64,000 nucleotides of DNA from Escherichia phage phiLLS: the sequence record NC_047822.1; one strand, written 5' to 3'. This document shows positions 1-9,873 of this stretch, piece after piece. Numbering within the stretch: position 1 is the first letter of the stretch; every line of letters starts with the position of its first letter. The notes under the pieces were generated by a model. The model was given only the letters and a program-made list of their open reading frames with translations. It searched no databases and was not told the DNA's origin. The position numbers and the translations under genes are program-made.

Positions 1-1
1 C

Positions 2-1843
2 GCCGCTGCTATTTCCGCTACAAAAGCGGGTAACAGTGCTGTTGAGGCTGGGCAACAAGCTAGTAATGCTGCTAGTAGCGCACAAAGCGCATCTACCGAC
101 GCTGGACGTGCAGAAGTGGCTGCTGGAAAAGCTGAAGGTATTATTGGTAAATCGTTACTAAAAGAAAATAATCTTTCAGATCTGTCGGATATTAATGCTT
201 CTCGTCAGACGCTCCTTATAGACTCACTTGTGCAGGATGGGGCTCATACTTTTTTATACTCGCATAATAGATTATATAGATTTGTTATGAGAGATGATGG
301 GCTTATTGTACTCCAGAAAAACATAAAGGGTGATGGTATCTCATGGGAATCTCTTCCATTATCAATTATTGCTGGTGGTACTGGAGCGGATACACTTGAA
401 GGTGCTAGATATAATTTAGGAGTTGATAGGCTGTTTCAGAATTCTGGTGAAACAGTTTTATATTCCCCAAATAAAAACAAGTATCTAACCATTCCAGATG
501 GTGGGGATCATTGGGGCGTTTATGATGCTACAACCGAGCAATGGCTACCCCTAGGTATTCAATTTGGTGGTACGGGTGCTAAGGATGCGAATGGTATTAG
601 AAATAATATAGGACTCGGGGAAAAACATGCGCCAAAGTTCCTAAGTCTTACTGTTGAAAATGAAACTGAAAATGCAACTACTGCAAACGCAGGTATATAC
701 CATTCAAAATTAAAGAATACACAAGGCGAGGATATTGGTTCTTCTCAGTCTTACTTTGAAACTCAACTTGGCGTAGGAAAGCATACTATAGGTGTATTTC
801 ATAATAACTTGTCTCACTATTATCAGTTTAATGAAAATGGTACTTTTTCAGGAGCGAAAAGTATTTCCTTAGCTCCTGGGGCTGGTATTTATGTAGACGG
901 AAATGAGCGAAATGCGTCGCAATTGTTTTCAATTATGAATCCACCAATCAACACATGGACTGGTGTAAGTCGTTACAACTGGTATGACGATTACGCTATC
1001 GCTGGTTTAATCAGAAGAGACGATACACACGTTGAATCTTTTGGAATAGAATTGTATCAAGCAGGGATACAGGCCTATATGCACAAGTTTTACCCGGACG
1101 GCAGAACGCATTCTGCCCAATACACAGGGAAGACACAACAGATGGGCTGGGACGATCCTAACTATTGGGGTAATGCTCTTGTTTGGGGTGAGATTATTGC
1201 TAACAATGACGGTGGTTGGGCACCGGGTCTTTCATGGGGAACCCAGTCCACCGGTGGCTATCCTATTCGCGCAACTTGGGGTCTTATTCCACAGGGAAAT
1301 AATGCATGGCCTTTTTGCTCGTTAAGGCTTCGTGGTGATGGTAATTTTTTCTGTAACTTCCAGTTCCAGCCAGCATCAAATGATATAACTACATGGTCAT
1401 CAAGTGGAAATTTCATTTTTCAAAAGGCCGCTAACTCTGACAGAGATTTAAAGCACGATATCATCTATACAGATGGAAAAGAAAGCTATGATCGCGTTAT
1501 GCAGTGGCTGCCTACAATGTTTAAGTACAATGGAAGCAATATCCAGCGATTTGGTTTAATAGCCCAAGACCTACTAAAAATAGACCCGGAATATGTAAAA
1601 TTAATTCCTGGCGGGGACATCTTTGCAGACGTTATAGGTGTTAATGAAGAAGGTGAAGAATATGTAGACCGTCAAATTGTTGTTGATAAAGCGGACGATA
1701 CATTAGCTCTTGATAATAACGTAATTATGGCTGATTTAGCTTGTGCATTTCGTTATCAAGCTGACAAAGTTAACAAACTTGAGCAAGAATTAACTGAACT
1801 GAAAAAACTTGTGAGCGAGCTCATTAAGCCAAATAACTCATAA
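2..1843 (+). CDS. L-shaped tail fibre protein, C-terminal part (5' end outside window); C-terminal intramolecular chaperone-like domain
   Basis: Open frame runs from window edge to stop at 1843; Gly/Ala-rich N-terminal repeats; C-terminal ...NVIMADLACAFRYQADKVNKLEQEL resembles autoproteolytic chaperone domain of phage fibres. Confidence 0.7.
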   Translation, partial: AAAISATKAGNSAVEAGQQASNAASSAQSASTDAGRAEVAAGKAEGIIGKSLLKENNLSDLSDINASRQTLLIDSLVQDGAHTFLYSHNRLYRFVMRDDGLIVLQKNIKGDGISWESLPLSIIAGGTGADTLEGARYNLGVDRLFQNSGETVLYSPNKNKYLTIPDGGDHWGVYDATTEQWLPLGIQFGGTGAKDANGIRNNIGLGEKHAPKFLSLTVENETENATTANAGIYHSKLKNTQGEDIGSSQSYFETQLGVGKHTIGVFHNNLSHYYQFNENGTFSGAKSISLAPGAGIYVDGNERNASQLFSIMNPPINTWTGVSRYNWYDDYAIAGLIRRDDTHVESFGIELYQAGIQAYMHKFYPDGRTHSAQYTGKTQQMGWDDPNYWGNALVWGEIIANNDGGWAPGLSWGTQSTGGYPIRATWGLIPQGNNAWPFCSLRLRGDGNFFCNFQFQPASNDITTWSSSGNFIFQKAANSDRDLKHDIIYTDGKESYDRVMQWLPTMFKYNGSNIQRFGLIAQDLLKIDPEYVKLIPGGDIFADVIGVNEEGEEYVDRQIVVDKADDTLALDNNVIMADLACAFRYQADKVNKLEQELTELKKLVSELIKPNNS

Positions 1844-1862
1844 TGTATACATAGTAAAAAGA

Positions 1863-1894
1863 AACCCCAGTGGACAAAATCCACTGGGGTTTTA
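1863..1894. terminator. bidirectional rho-independent terminator between convergent tail-fibre and early genes
   Basis: ccccagtgga/tccactgggg hairpin flanked by A-run upstream and T-run downstream. Confidence 0.7.
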
Positions 1895-1898
1895 CTAT

Positions 1899-2156
1899 TT
1901 ATTTACTGCCTTCTATAATACCAAGATTATAAATAATTAATAGTAATTTTAACTGCTCATTATCTGTATTAGTACAAAGCTCTACAAAACCTTCAGGATC
2001 CCAGAAAATAACGTTACCTTCTTTATCTATTTTTAATACAATCTTTTCTGGTTCAGTAGTTTTAATCTGATAAGTTGACATATTAGTATCAATACCTACC
2101 ATATTATGATGAACAAAATTACTTGCTTCCTGAGCTTCCAAATCCACCTTCTCCAC
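1899..2156 (-). CDS. hypothetical protein
   Basis: ORF; overlaps dUTPase 3' end, true start may be internal (MVGIDT...). Confidence 0.35.
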   Translation of the reverse strand: MEKVDLEAQEASNFVHHNMVGIDTNMSTYQIKTTEPEKIVLKIDKEGNVIFWDPEGFVELCTNTDNEQLKLLLIIYNLGIIEGSK

Positions 2157-2565
2157 GAATAGTCTCCTCTAGTTCGTCAACGATTTTAAAGTTATGGGTT
2201 GAATAATGTGGGAGTACCACTAGTTGACAAAGTCTCTCGAAATTCTCCAGAGTTTGCATTTCAGAACCGTAATTATAGAGGTTCATCTTAATAGTGCCAC
2301 GATAATCTGAGTCGATCACTCCTGCGGTGTTTGCAATCATCAGATGACGCTTTCCTAAAGAACTACGAGGAACCACCAAACCGAACCAACCTCGCGGAAT
2401 TTCCACCGCGACACCGGTGTCAATCATTAAGGATTTGCCTGGTGCAATAGCCCGTAAATCTGCAGCAGGGTTAGTACCAAAGAATGCTCGCAGATCCATA
2501 CCTGCGGCATCTTCAGAGCCGATCTTAGGCATACAATCTGGATGAGTTAACTTAATTTTAATCAT
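2119..2565 (-). CDS. dut: dUTP diphosphatase (dUTPase)
   Basis: 148 aa; motifs AGMDLRA, GLVVPRSS, TAGVIDSDYRG, RGEGGFGSSG typical of trimeric dUTPase. Confidence 0.9.
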   Translation of the reverse strand: MIKIKLTHPDCMPKIGSEDAAGMDLRAFFGTNPAADLRAIAPGKSLMIDTGVAVEIPRGWFGLVVPRSSLGKRHLMIANTAGVIDSDYRGTIKMNLYNYGSEMQTLENFERLCQLVVLPHYSTHNFKIVDELEETIRGEGGFGSSGSK

Positions 2566-3437
2566 TGTTCTGCAATCTCCAAAATATCTTTTGTAAACTT
2601 ATCTAATACGTCTTGACCTACAGCAGCAATAGCATCCACACAGTAGGTAGGTAAATCAACCAGAATTAGGTTTCGATAAAGCAATTCTTCCGAAGCATTT
2701 AAATTCTGTATATATTTCTGTTTTCCAGGTAGTGGAAGCTGATCAATAATATCCAGAACGTTACCAAATTCACGAATAATATTATATCCGCGTTTTGCCC
2801 CAATACCTTCAACACCCCGGATATTATCCCCTAAATCACCCATAATTGCCTTTAGAGAGATGAACTGCTCTACATCGTCAACATTATGATGCTCATACAT
2901 ATCACGAAGATGATATTCACGACGTGTTGTGAAAGAGAAGCGAGAAACTTTATCAGTTAATAAAGTATCCCAGTCGCCATCGGTAGAAATTAGCCAAACA
3001 TGATCATATAGATGCCCAATCAGCTTAACAATATAAGCTGCCATATCATCTGCTTCTACGCCACGAATAGTGAAAGTTGGGAATGTAGTTTCACACAACT
3101 CGAAAGCATCACGCAGGTACTCAAAGAACTGTTCATCCAGTGCTTTCTCTTCCTCTGTACGTTGTGAGTATTTTTCATCACGATTACCTTTATACTCTGG
3201 TAGATGTTCTAGACGAAATACAGATTTACCTTTATCGCCTAAAACAATCGTAGTTCTTGCGGAGTAGGATTTTGCCAGAGATTGAATAGTTGAAACATAA
3301 CTTGAGGCAAAGGGTTTCTTACTATTATTATGTTTGAATCGAAAACCTAAGTTAGTTCCGTCAACGATCATTAGATTACGACGAGAGGCCATTTCAGCCT
3401 CTTCCTCTTCAATAAATTTTCCCCAGGATTTGCTCAT
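2562..3437 (-). CDS. flap endonuclease / 5'-3' exonuclease (T5 D15-like)
   Basis: 291 aa; LMIVDGTNLGFRF, EADDMAAY, GDLGDNIRGVEGIGAKRG (H3TH) motifs of FEN family. Confidence 0.9.
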   Translation of the reverse strand: MSKSWGKFIEEEEAEMASRRNLMIVDGTNLGFRFKHNNSKKPFASSYVSTIQSLAKSYSARTTIVLGDKGKSVFRLEHLPEYKGNRDEKYSQRTEEEKALDEQFFEYLRDAFELCETTFPTFTIRGVEADDMAAYIVKLIGHLYDHVWLISTDGDWDTLLTDKVSRFSFTTRREYHLRDMYEHHNVDDVEQFISLKAIMGDLGDNIRGVEGIGAKRGYNIIREFGNVLDIIDQLPLPGKQKYIQNLNASEELLYRNLILVDLPTYCVDAIAAVGQDVLDKFTKDILEIAEQ

Positions 3438-3919
3438 TATTTAATTAAGTCCTCAACAGATGCATGATGTAGCCACGGCTCAAACAACCCTATTACAATT
3501 TCCATATCTTTCTTATTTAACACCATATGTGTACGACTCATTAGGTTATCCACCATTGGGTCAGAACTATCTAAAGCAATTAGCCACTGTCCTCTGTCTT
3601 TTTTGAATATTAATGCTGGTTTAGAGTTCATTTGCTCACCTTCACGCGAGCATTGCTGCCACCATTTCTCTAGAGTGGATTCACCAACATTAAATAAATT
3701 GCTTGAAATATTATCATCTTTATACCACTTAACTTCGAAGCAGTATTTACTAATATGTCCACTTTGTGGGGGAAGGTAGATATCACCCTTTAGTCCATGA
3801 CTCTGGCCAAAAGCACCAGAGCCTGGAACACGTTCCCACTCAAGACCTGTACGCTCACGTAGAATATCTCTTACCTGATATTCACCACGTTTACCTTTCT
3901 CTCTACTATCTACAGCCAT
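3437..3919 (-). CDS. putative PD-(D/E)XK-type nuclease (hypothetical)
   Basis: 160 aa; GDIY...FEVKWYK arrangement resembles D...ExK nuclease core; inference only. Confidence 0.45.
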   Translation of the reverse strand: MAVDSREKGKRGEYQVRDILRERTGLEWERVPGSGAFGQSHGLKGDIYLPPQSGHISKYCFEVKWYKDDNISSNLFNVGESTLEKWWQQCSREGEQMNSKPALIFKKDRGQWLIALDSSDPMVDNLMSRTHMVLNKKDMEIVIGLFEPWLHHASVEDLIK

Positions 3920-3922
3920 GTT

Positions 3923-5761
3923 TTATTCTAAGTAGGAAAATCCTTCTGCATCTTTTTTGACAGTAATCTTATGAGCTAATGGATGCGTATGCCCATGAGA
4001 AACAATGATAGAATTTAGACTTTCTTCCTCATTTAATAGCTCAACGAGAGTATCAAGTCCCTTCGTATCAATAAAGCTAATTACTTCATCAAGGAATAGA
4101 AGATTAATATTAACTTTACTAATAGATGTTAACAGCATCCGAATAGCTAACAGGGTTGCTAGATTAATTCGACTTTGCTGACCAGTAGAGCAGTTTTCCA
4201 TACTGGTACGGTTTCCATCATTGAAGATTACTACTTGTAATTTAGTTTCATCTAGTTCAAATCCAAGTGCGAATTTACCACCAGTCATAATAGAAAGATA
4301 TTTATTAATTAGCTCTTCAAATACTTTCACACTATGCTCTAGTTTATATCCAACCAGATTTTTCAATGCAGCAATTAGAATATCGAGATCAGCAACAGCT
4401 TCTGATACTCCATCCAGTTTGGAAGTAATCTCAGTCATTTCTGCTTCTGCTTTCTCAATCTGTTCTAGCTTTGCTTTATATTTTGCATTGGCTAATTCGA
4501 CATTTGCATTATGCTCTTTGGCAATTGCAACCTTAGAACGGCCATCAGCGATTTCCTGTTCTAATTGTCGGATTTGCACCTGTAGGATTTGCACATTGAG
4601 TTCTTCAAAAGAAGCATCACTCATTGAATTTTTGAACTCGTCTCTAGCTACCACTGCTTTATCCAAAGCATCCTTTGCTCTAGTATACGCAACGTACTCA
4701 AGTTGTTCTTTCTTCAACTGTTCTAGCTTAGCTTCAAGAGATTGCTTCTCTTTGAACAGAGGATCATATTCTACTCTAGCCATATCCATTGCTTTTTGAG
4801 CAGCAGTTGTATCCAGATGAGTACCACAAGTAGGACATTCAGTATTTGAAGCCTCTTGCTTGAACTTCTGATAACGTTTCTTAACTTCGATCGCACGTGA
4901 GGTCACAATCGTTAAGTCACGCGTAACACTTGAGATCTCTTCGTTTTGGTCAGTGGGCGCGGGCAAATTTTTGAAAGGCTCGAAAGATTGTTCGGCAACT
5001 TGTACAGCTTTGTCCAAATTACGCAATTTAGTAATATTAGCCTCTTGAGACTTGGCTAATGCCGCCTTAATTTTCGATTCAGTAAGTTCTTGTGCTAATG
5101 GCTCTTCATCAAACTCCGGTACTTCTACAGGTTCCTGCAAAGTTCCTAGATTATTTTTTCCATTAAGGATTTTCGTAATTACAGCCATTTGGCCCTGCAA
5201 ATTATTTAAGGTATTTGCTATTTCTTTACGGTCAGCCTTAATAGTTTCCGACATTTCTTTGTATTGTTCTTGATTGAACAAGTTGACAAGAAAAGCCTTA
5301 CGTGTTGCATCTGTTGCTTTTAGAAAATCTAGGTTGGAACCCACTGATTGATAAATCAGTTTGGTGAATGTTTGAAAGTCACCACCCATAATCTCTTCAA
5401 TCATCTTGTATGTTTGGGTTGCCGTATGTCCACTAATATCTTCCCCATTCTTAATCAACGTTACTTTAGCAGTTGACTTAACTACTTTATGCAGCTCATA
5501 CTCATCATCATCTTTTGAAAAGTAAGCGTGCATATCGTATTCTTTCTTAGGGGCATTCCAAGAGAACAGAGCATCTTTCTTAATACCACGTGAGTTCTTG
5601 TTATAAAATAGTTCTTCAATAACCGTAGCGATGGTGGATTTCCCTAGTCCATTGCCACCAATTAGTTGAGTAACTGGATTCTTATCGAAATGAATTACGA
5701 TGTCCTTACCATAAGACATAACGTTACTAAATTTTAGTGTCTTAATTGTAATCTTTGACAT
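3923..5761 (-). CDS. SbcC/Rad50-like recombination ATPase
   Basis: Walker A GGNGLGKST near N-terminus, long coiled-coil, CPTCG zinc hook, C-terminal LFLDEVISFID signature; start chosen at MSKITIK (track ORF extends to 5842). Confidence 0.8.
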   Translation of the reverse strand: MSKITIKTLKFSNVMSYGKDIVIHFDKNPVTQLIGGNGLGKSTIATVIEELFYNKNSRGIKKDALFSWNAPKKEYDMHAYFSKDDDEYELHKVVKSTAKVTLIKNGEDISGHTATQTYKMIEEIMGGDFQTFTKLIYQSVGSNLDFLKATDATRKAFLVNLFNQEQYKEMSETIKADRKEIANTLNNLQGQMAVITKILNGKNNLGTLQEPVEVPEFDEEPLAQELTESKIKAALAKSQEANITKLRNLDKAVQVAEQSFEPFKNLPAPTDQNEEISSVTRDLTIVTSRAIEVKKRYQKFKQEASNTECPTCGTHLDTTAAQKAMDMARVEYDPLFKEKQSLEAKLEQLKKEQLEYVAYTRAKDALDKAVVARDEFKNSMSDASFEELNVQILQVQIRQLEQEIADGRSKVAIAKEHNANVELANAKYKAKLEQIEKAEAEMTEITSKLDGVSEAVADLDILIAALKNLVGYKLEHSVKVFEELINKYLSIMTGGKFALGFELDETKLQVVIFNDGNRTSMENCSTGQQSRINLATLLAIRMLLTSISKVNINLLFLDEVISFIDTKGLDTLVELLNEEESLNSIIVSHGHTHPLAHKITVKKDAEGFSYLE

Positions 5762-6719
5762 ATTTCGCAGCTCTAGCCAAGATTCTATCAATGTCGCCTT
5801 GAGATAGCTTCTCGACTTCACGGAAGTAAAGTTCAAGTTCACCTAACATATCAAGATCAACAAGATTTAACTTAGCGTCTTTAGTGACTCGATGATTAAT
5901 CTTCTTATCTAATAAATCAGAGTCTTTGATAGACTTTAATTGAACAACGTCACCAGTAACTTCATAGACTACACGATCATAATCACTAGGTTCCATCTCT
6001 TCACCAGCTCCGATTGTTTTACGAATCAGTTGTGGTAAATCACCTAGTTCAATCCATTCTACTTTTAATGTGTCGGTATCAATGATAAAGCAACCATTTG
6101 TACCTTTTGTGCGTTCTCTATGGAACGATGTAGTTAATGGGGATCCTGGGTAGAGAAGTCTAGTAGATCCGATAGTCTGGCTATTAGTATAAGAATGTAA
6201 ATCGCCAGCAATTACAGTATCATAACAGTTGTACTTAGTTAGATCAATTTCTGGTTTTACATGTGGAGGGATTTCACCACGAACATGTGTGAAACATAGT
6301 TTTGATTCAGATGGTTTCCATTTGGATTTATGGATCTCATCATACGGAACAATATCAAATTCAGGGGAACGATATGGTTTGGTAATTACTTCCCACTTAC
6401 CACTCGTTACTTTATTAATAACTCCTGCATAGTGATATAGACATGAAATGGTTTTAGTTAGCATTTCATGATTTCCAGTAAAGATTTTACCTGGATGGTC
6501 AAGTCTTGACATGAACTGTTCAAGCAGTTCTATTTCTTCTGACGACGGATCGGCAACATCAAGTATATCACCACCAGCAATATGAAGATCACAGTTATGA
6601 TTATGGAATATATCATTTAACCGTTCTCCTAGCATCAGGAAGCGACGCTTCTGCCATTCCTTTGGAACTTTATCTTGTCCTAGTTTGATATGATGATCAG
6701 CACTAAATAATATTCTCAT
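5742..6719 (-). CDS. SbcD/Mre11-like nuclease (calcineurin-like metallophosphatase)
   Basis: MRILFSADHH, GGDILD, GNHE, GDLH motifs. Confidence 0.85.
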   Translation of the reverse strand: MRILFSADHHIKLGQDKVPKEWQKRRFLMLGERLNDIFHNHNCDLHIAGGDILDVADPSSEEIELLEQFMSRLDHPGKIFTGNHEMLTKTISCLYHYAGVINKVTSGKWEVITKPYRSPEFDIVPYDEIHKSKWKPSESKLCFTHVRGEIPPHVKPEIDLTKYNCYDTVIAGDLHSYTNSQTIGSTRLLYPGSPLTTSFHRERTKGTNGCFIIDTDTLKVEWIELGDLPQLIRKTIGAGEEMEPSDYDRVVYEVTGDVVQLKSIKDSDLLDKKINHRVTKDAKLNLVDLDMLGELELYFREVEKLSQGDIDRILARAAKYVKDYN

Positions 6720-6721
6720 TG

Positions 6722-6750
6722 GTTAAAAAGAAAGGGGCCGAAGCCCCTCT
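6722..6750 (-). terminator. rho-independent terminator
   Basis: aggggccgaagcccct hairpin with T-run on minus strand. Confidence 0.6.
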
Positions 6751-6755
6751 ATTTA

Positions 6756-7529
6756 TTAATCGTCCAGATCGCTTGCAGCTTCTGAGTCAATACCTTTCTG
6801 GGAACCTGCATTGCTATTACCAGATTTGGCATCATCATCTTTATTCTCACGACCTTCCATGAAGGCTAGAATTGCTTCTTTCTGCTCTTCATAGGTAGGA
6901 ACCGGATAGGTTTGTTCCAGAGAAGGAACTTTTTCGAACTTAATGATGTCGCCATCTTCATCACACATAGCTTCACCGATCAGATCGACATCCGCAGCAT
7001 ATTGCTTAGATTCCGCACTGTTAGGATCTTGCAGCTTAATCTGGAACTGCATAGCAGCAATCTGCTGTACATCATACTCAGTATCGAAACCTTTACCTTT
7101 TTTCTCGATAGAAATATCAATATCAAACGGAGTTGCCAGGTTCAACTGCTTCATGATAGACTGGATGCCTTTCAGAATAGTAGCCTTGACTTCCATTACT
7201 TTCAGTTTGTTATCAGAACGGTCAATAACAAAGGCGATATAGTTTTTCTTAGGTTTCAGCGGAACACGATTACCATCTTTATCCAGCTCTTTCTCGAAGA
7301 AGCCCATCTCATGAACCGGATCAGCTTTACCACGAACAAAGCTCTCTTTGTCACGGTTAAAACGGAGACATTCGAAAGGAGCTACGCTACCCTCTTTATT
7401 AGTCAGCCAATAGACATAACGTGGAAGAACACCAGAAACGATACGAACACGAGTGATACCGTTGTTGAACTTCAGGAATTCGATTTTATCGTTAGAACCG
7501 CCAGTAGTTTCGCCCCAAGACTTAGCCAT
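6756..7529 (-). CDS. hypothetical protein (T5 D11-like), acidic C-terminus
   Basis: 257 aa ORF in replication module. Confidence 0.6.
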   Translation of the reverse strand: MAKSWGETTGGSNDKIEFLKFNNGITRVRIVSGVLPRYVYWLTNKEGSVAPFECLRFNRDKESFVRGKADPVHEMGFFEKELDKDGNRVPLKPKKNYIAFVIDRSDNKLKVMEVKATILKGIQSIMKQLNLATPFDIDISIEKKGKGFDTEYDVQQIAAMQFQIKLQDPNSAESKQYAADVDLIGEAMCDEDGDIIKFEKVPSLEQTYPVPTYEEQKEAILAFMEGRENKDDDAKSGNSNAGSQKGIDSEAASDLDD

Positions 7530-7806
7530 ATTTTATTTCCTCTTTAAAGATTAATTTCGATTTGTTAATTGCGATTAGTGGGTTAGTGTCGATTACTAAA
7601 CGTGGTATCCATACTGGAACATATTGTATGTCCAAACTAGGATCGTTTGTAAACTTGTATTCGGCATAATTTCGTAGACTTAAAATTCCTAGATATTCTG
7701 CCAGTTGTCTATTAGACAATTTATTTGGATTATCAACAATAGTTGACTCATTTAAAATGAATGAGGAACCGACCAATAATTGATGAGCATCAGGCTCTGT
7801 AAGCAT
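7522..7806 (-). CDS. hypothetical protein
   Basis: 94 aa ORF downstream of promoter module. Confidence 0.4.
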   Translation of the reverse strand: MLTEPDAHQLLVGSSFILNESTIVDNPNKLSNRQLAEYLGILSLRNYAEYKFTNDPSLDIQYVPVWIPRLVIDTNPLIAINKSKLIFKEEIKYG

Positions 7807-7913
7807 TCTTTTGAATAGCTTAATAATTAGGTCGGAATTTCCTCTAGCTAGTAAGTATAGCTTTTCATAATCGAAGAATTTAATTTTTGTTTTCTCCTCG
7901 AATTTATGTATAT

Positions 7914-7943
7914 ATTATACTAGATTTCGAGAGAATTTAGCAA
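7914..7943 (-). promoter_or_regulatory. sigma70-type early promoter (conserved module), minus strand
   Basis: reverse-complement gives TTGCTA -35, ~17-18 bp spacer, TATAAT -10, ACATAAATT downstream; second copy at ~7990-8030. Confidence 0.6.
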
Positions 7944-8026
7944 CTAAAATTTTTATTTTTCTGCTTCGGACTTTCTTATCAATCCGAAACTTTCTCTCTC
8001 AAATTTATGTATATATTATACATCAT

Positions 8027-9379
8027 TTATGAGCTATTGCCAAATGCAATTTTAGCTAATTGAACTGCTTTCTCAGGAGTCATGGTAATAGTTTTCCACC
8101 CGTTATTACGATATACTGCCATACGCCCAGAAGCCTGTCTTAGTCCAGTGCCCCCTTTCATAATTAGATCTACAACAATAGGGTCGAGTTTACCTTCAAC
8201 AATACGTTGAACACGACCTGCAAGCTGTTCAATGAGAGATTCATTATTAATAAGACTTCCCATTATTAAACAAGATAGCTCATTAAGGGAAATACCTTCA
8301 GAGAAGATACTCTGAGCTGCTGCAAGTACACAAGGACCACCTTTTGCTATATCTTCTTGAATTTTTAATCGGTCATCCAAGTGGGTTGCCCCTATAATTT
8401 CATATGTTGTAACACCACGCTGTGCAAGAGCTTCTAGTACTGTTTGGATTAACTCTGTTCTATCACTTACAATGAGTACTTTATGCCCCATATTCACATA
8501 TAAATGTGCTAGGTTTATAATAGTTTCTCGATATTCAGGATGATTATACACATCGTTAGCACGTAATGCCCATGGTACGTTTTGGTTTCCTGATAACTCA
8601 ACAGGTACGGAGTACCTATGGATTGTAGGTGCAACAGTATTATTAACCGGCGGACTAAATATCTTATATCCAAAGAAATCTTTGAACATAACTTGTAGAC
8701 CGTCTTTCCGTTTTAATGTGCCGGATAGTCCAATTTTATAGCGAGCACAGGATATTTCTAGGAAGTTAGTGAAAGTTGTAGCCACACAATGGTGAACTTC
8801 ATCAACTATAACAGTACCGAATACTTTAGAAAGATTATTCGCATGTTTATTCACTGTTTGAATATTACTGACCACAATTGGTGGATCAATGTTATATTTC
8901 CCAGAACCTATTATGCCTGGTTCAAACCCAAACCATTTACGAACTTCTGCTGCCCACATCTCACGAATAGATGTATTTGTACAGATTACCAAAGTTTTCT
9001 GGCCAAATTTATATGCAAGTGCAAGGGCTAGGATAGTTTTGCCAAATCCAGGCTTACCGTTAATAATACAGGTATCATCGCATTCTTCGTATATTGGAAG
9101 TTGATCTTCTTCACGCAGCTTGAACTTAGGTTTTGGTATATCTACCGGAGCTAATGTGCGTTTATCGACTAATTCGTATTTTACTCCTTTAGCATCTAAT
9201 AAGTCCAGACGCGTAATAGGAATCCACTTAATCTCTTTAGCAACAACACCACTATTCTTATACATAATAGGGTATTTACTAGTCATTGTCTCAATGTGAT
9301 AAGTGGTTTGCTTACTACAATAATCCCAAAGTTCATCATCGGGCTTGAAATAGGCTTTATTAGATATAACAACCTTCAT
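8027..9379 (-). CDS. SF2 DNA helicase (T5 D10-like)
   Basis: 450 aa; Walker A GKPGFGKT, DEVHH box, helicase C-terminal motifs QLAGRVQR. Confidence 0.8.
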   Translation of the reverse strand: MKVVISNKAYFKPDDELWDYCSKQTTYHIETMTSKYPIMYKNSGVVAKEIKWIPITRLDLLDAKGVKYELVDKRTLAPVDIPKPKFKLREEDQLPIYEECDDTCIINGKPGFGKTILALALAYKFGQKTLVICTNTSIREMWAAEVRKWFGFEPGIIGSGKYNIDPPIVVSNIQTVNKHANNLSKVFGTVIVDEVHHCVATTFTNFLEISCARYKIGLSGTLKRKDGLQVMFKDFFGYKIFSPPVNNTVAPTIHRYSVPVELSGNQNVPWALRANDVYNHPEYRETIINLAHLYVNMGHKVLIVSDRTELIQTVLEALAQRGVTTYEIIGATHLDDRLKIQEDIAKGGPCVLAAAQSIFSEGISLNELSCLIMGSLINNESLIEQLAGRVQRIVEGKLDPIVVDLIMKGGTGLRQASGRMAVYRNNGWKTITMTPEKAVQLAKIAFGNSS

Positions 9380-9873
9380 AATTTTATTCTAAGTCTAGGA
9401 ATTTCAGGCTCCTCTTGATGGACTTGATAAATAACAGGGCTATTATTTACCAGAATATAGCTTATATAAGCTGGAACATAGGATAATACAAATGGATATG
9501 GAACTTTAGCCACATAGCATTGGTATTTTCCATTATAAATTCTAGCTGAATGCAAAACTTTAGAGGTGACAACATCATAGAACGTAGTTTTCTTCCAATT
9601 AATAAGATTTCCATCAGAATCTATAAATTGGTTACGCTTTGACCCCACTAATTGAGACAACATTGATATTCTACCCCTAATAGGATAGAGCTTGTATGGT
9701 AATTCTTTCCGTTTCTCAAATAGAATAAGCCTACGTTGAGAAAACGTGCCAGGCAACTTCCTGTTATCTAGCACATATTTATTATATCTTGTTGTAATTA
9801 CGGAATAATCACCTTCTTGCTCAATTGATACAAATGCCCGTAACGCATAGACGGGCAATTTGAAATTAAGCAC
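9376..9873 (-). CDS. hypothetical protein
   Basis: 165 aa ORF, translationally coupled between helicase and polymerase. Confidence 0.5.
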   Translation of the reverse strand: MLNFKLPVYALRAFVSIEQEGDYSVITTRYNKYVLDNRKLPGTFSQRRLILFEKRKELPYKLYPIRGRISMLSQLVGSKRNQFIDSDGNLINWKKTTFYDVVTSKVLHSARIYNGKYQCYVAKVPYPFVLSYVPAYISYILVNNSPVIYQVHQEEPEIPRLRIKL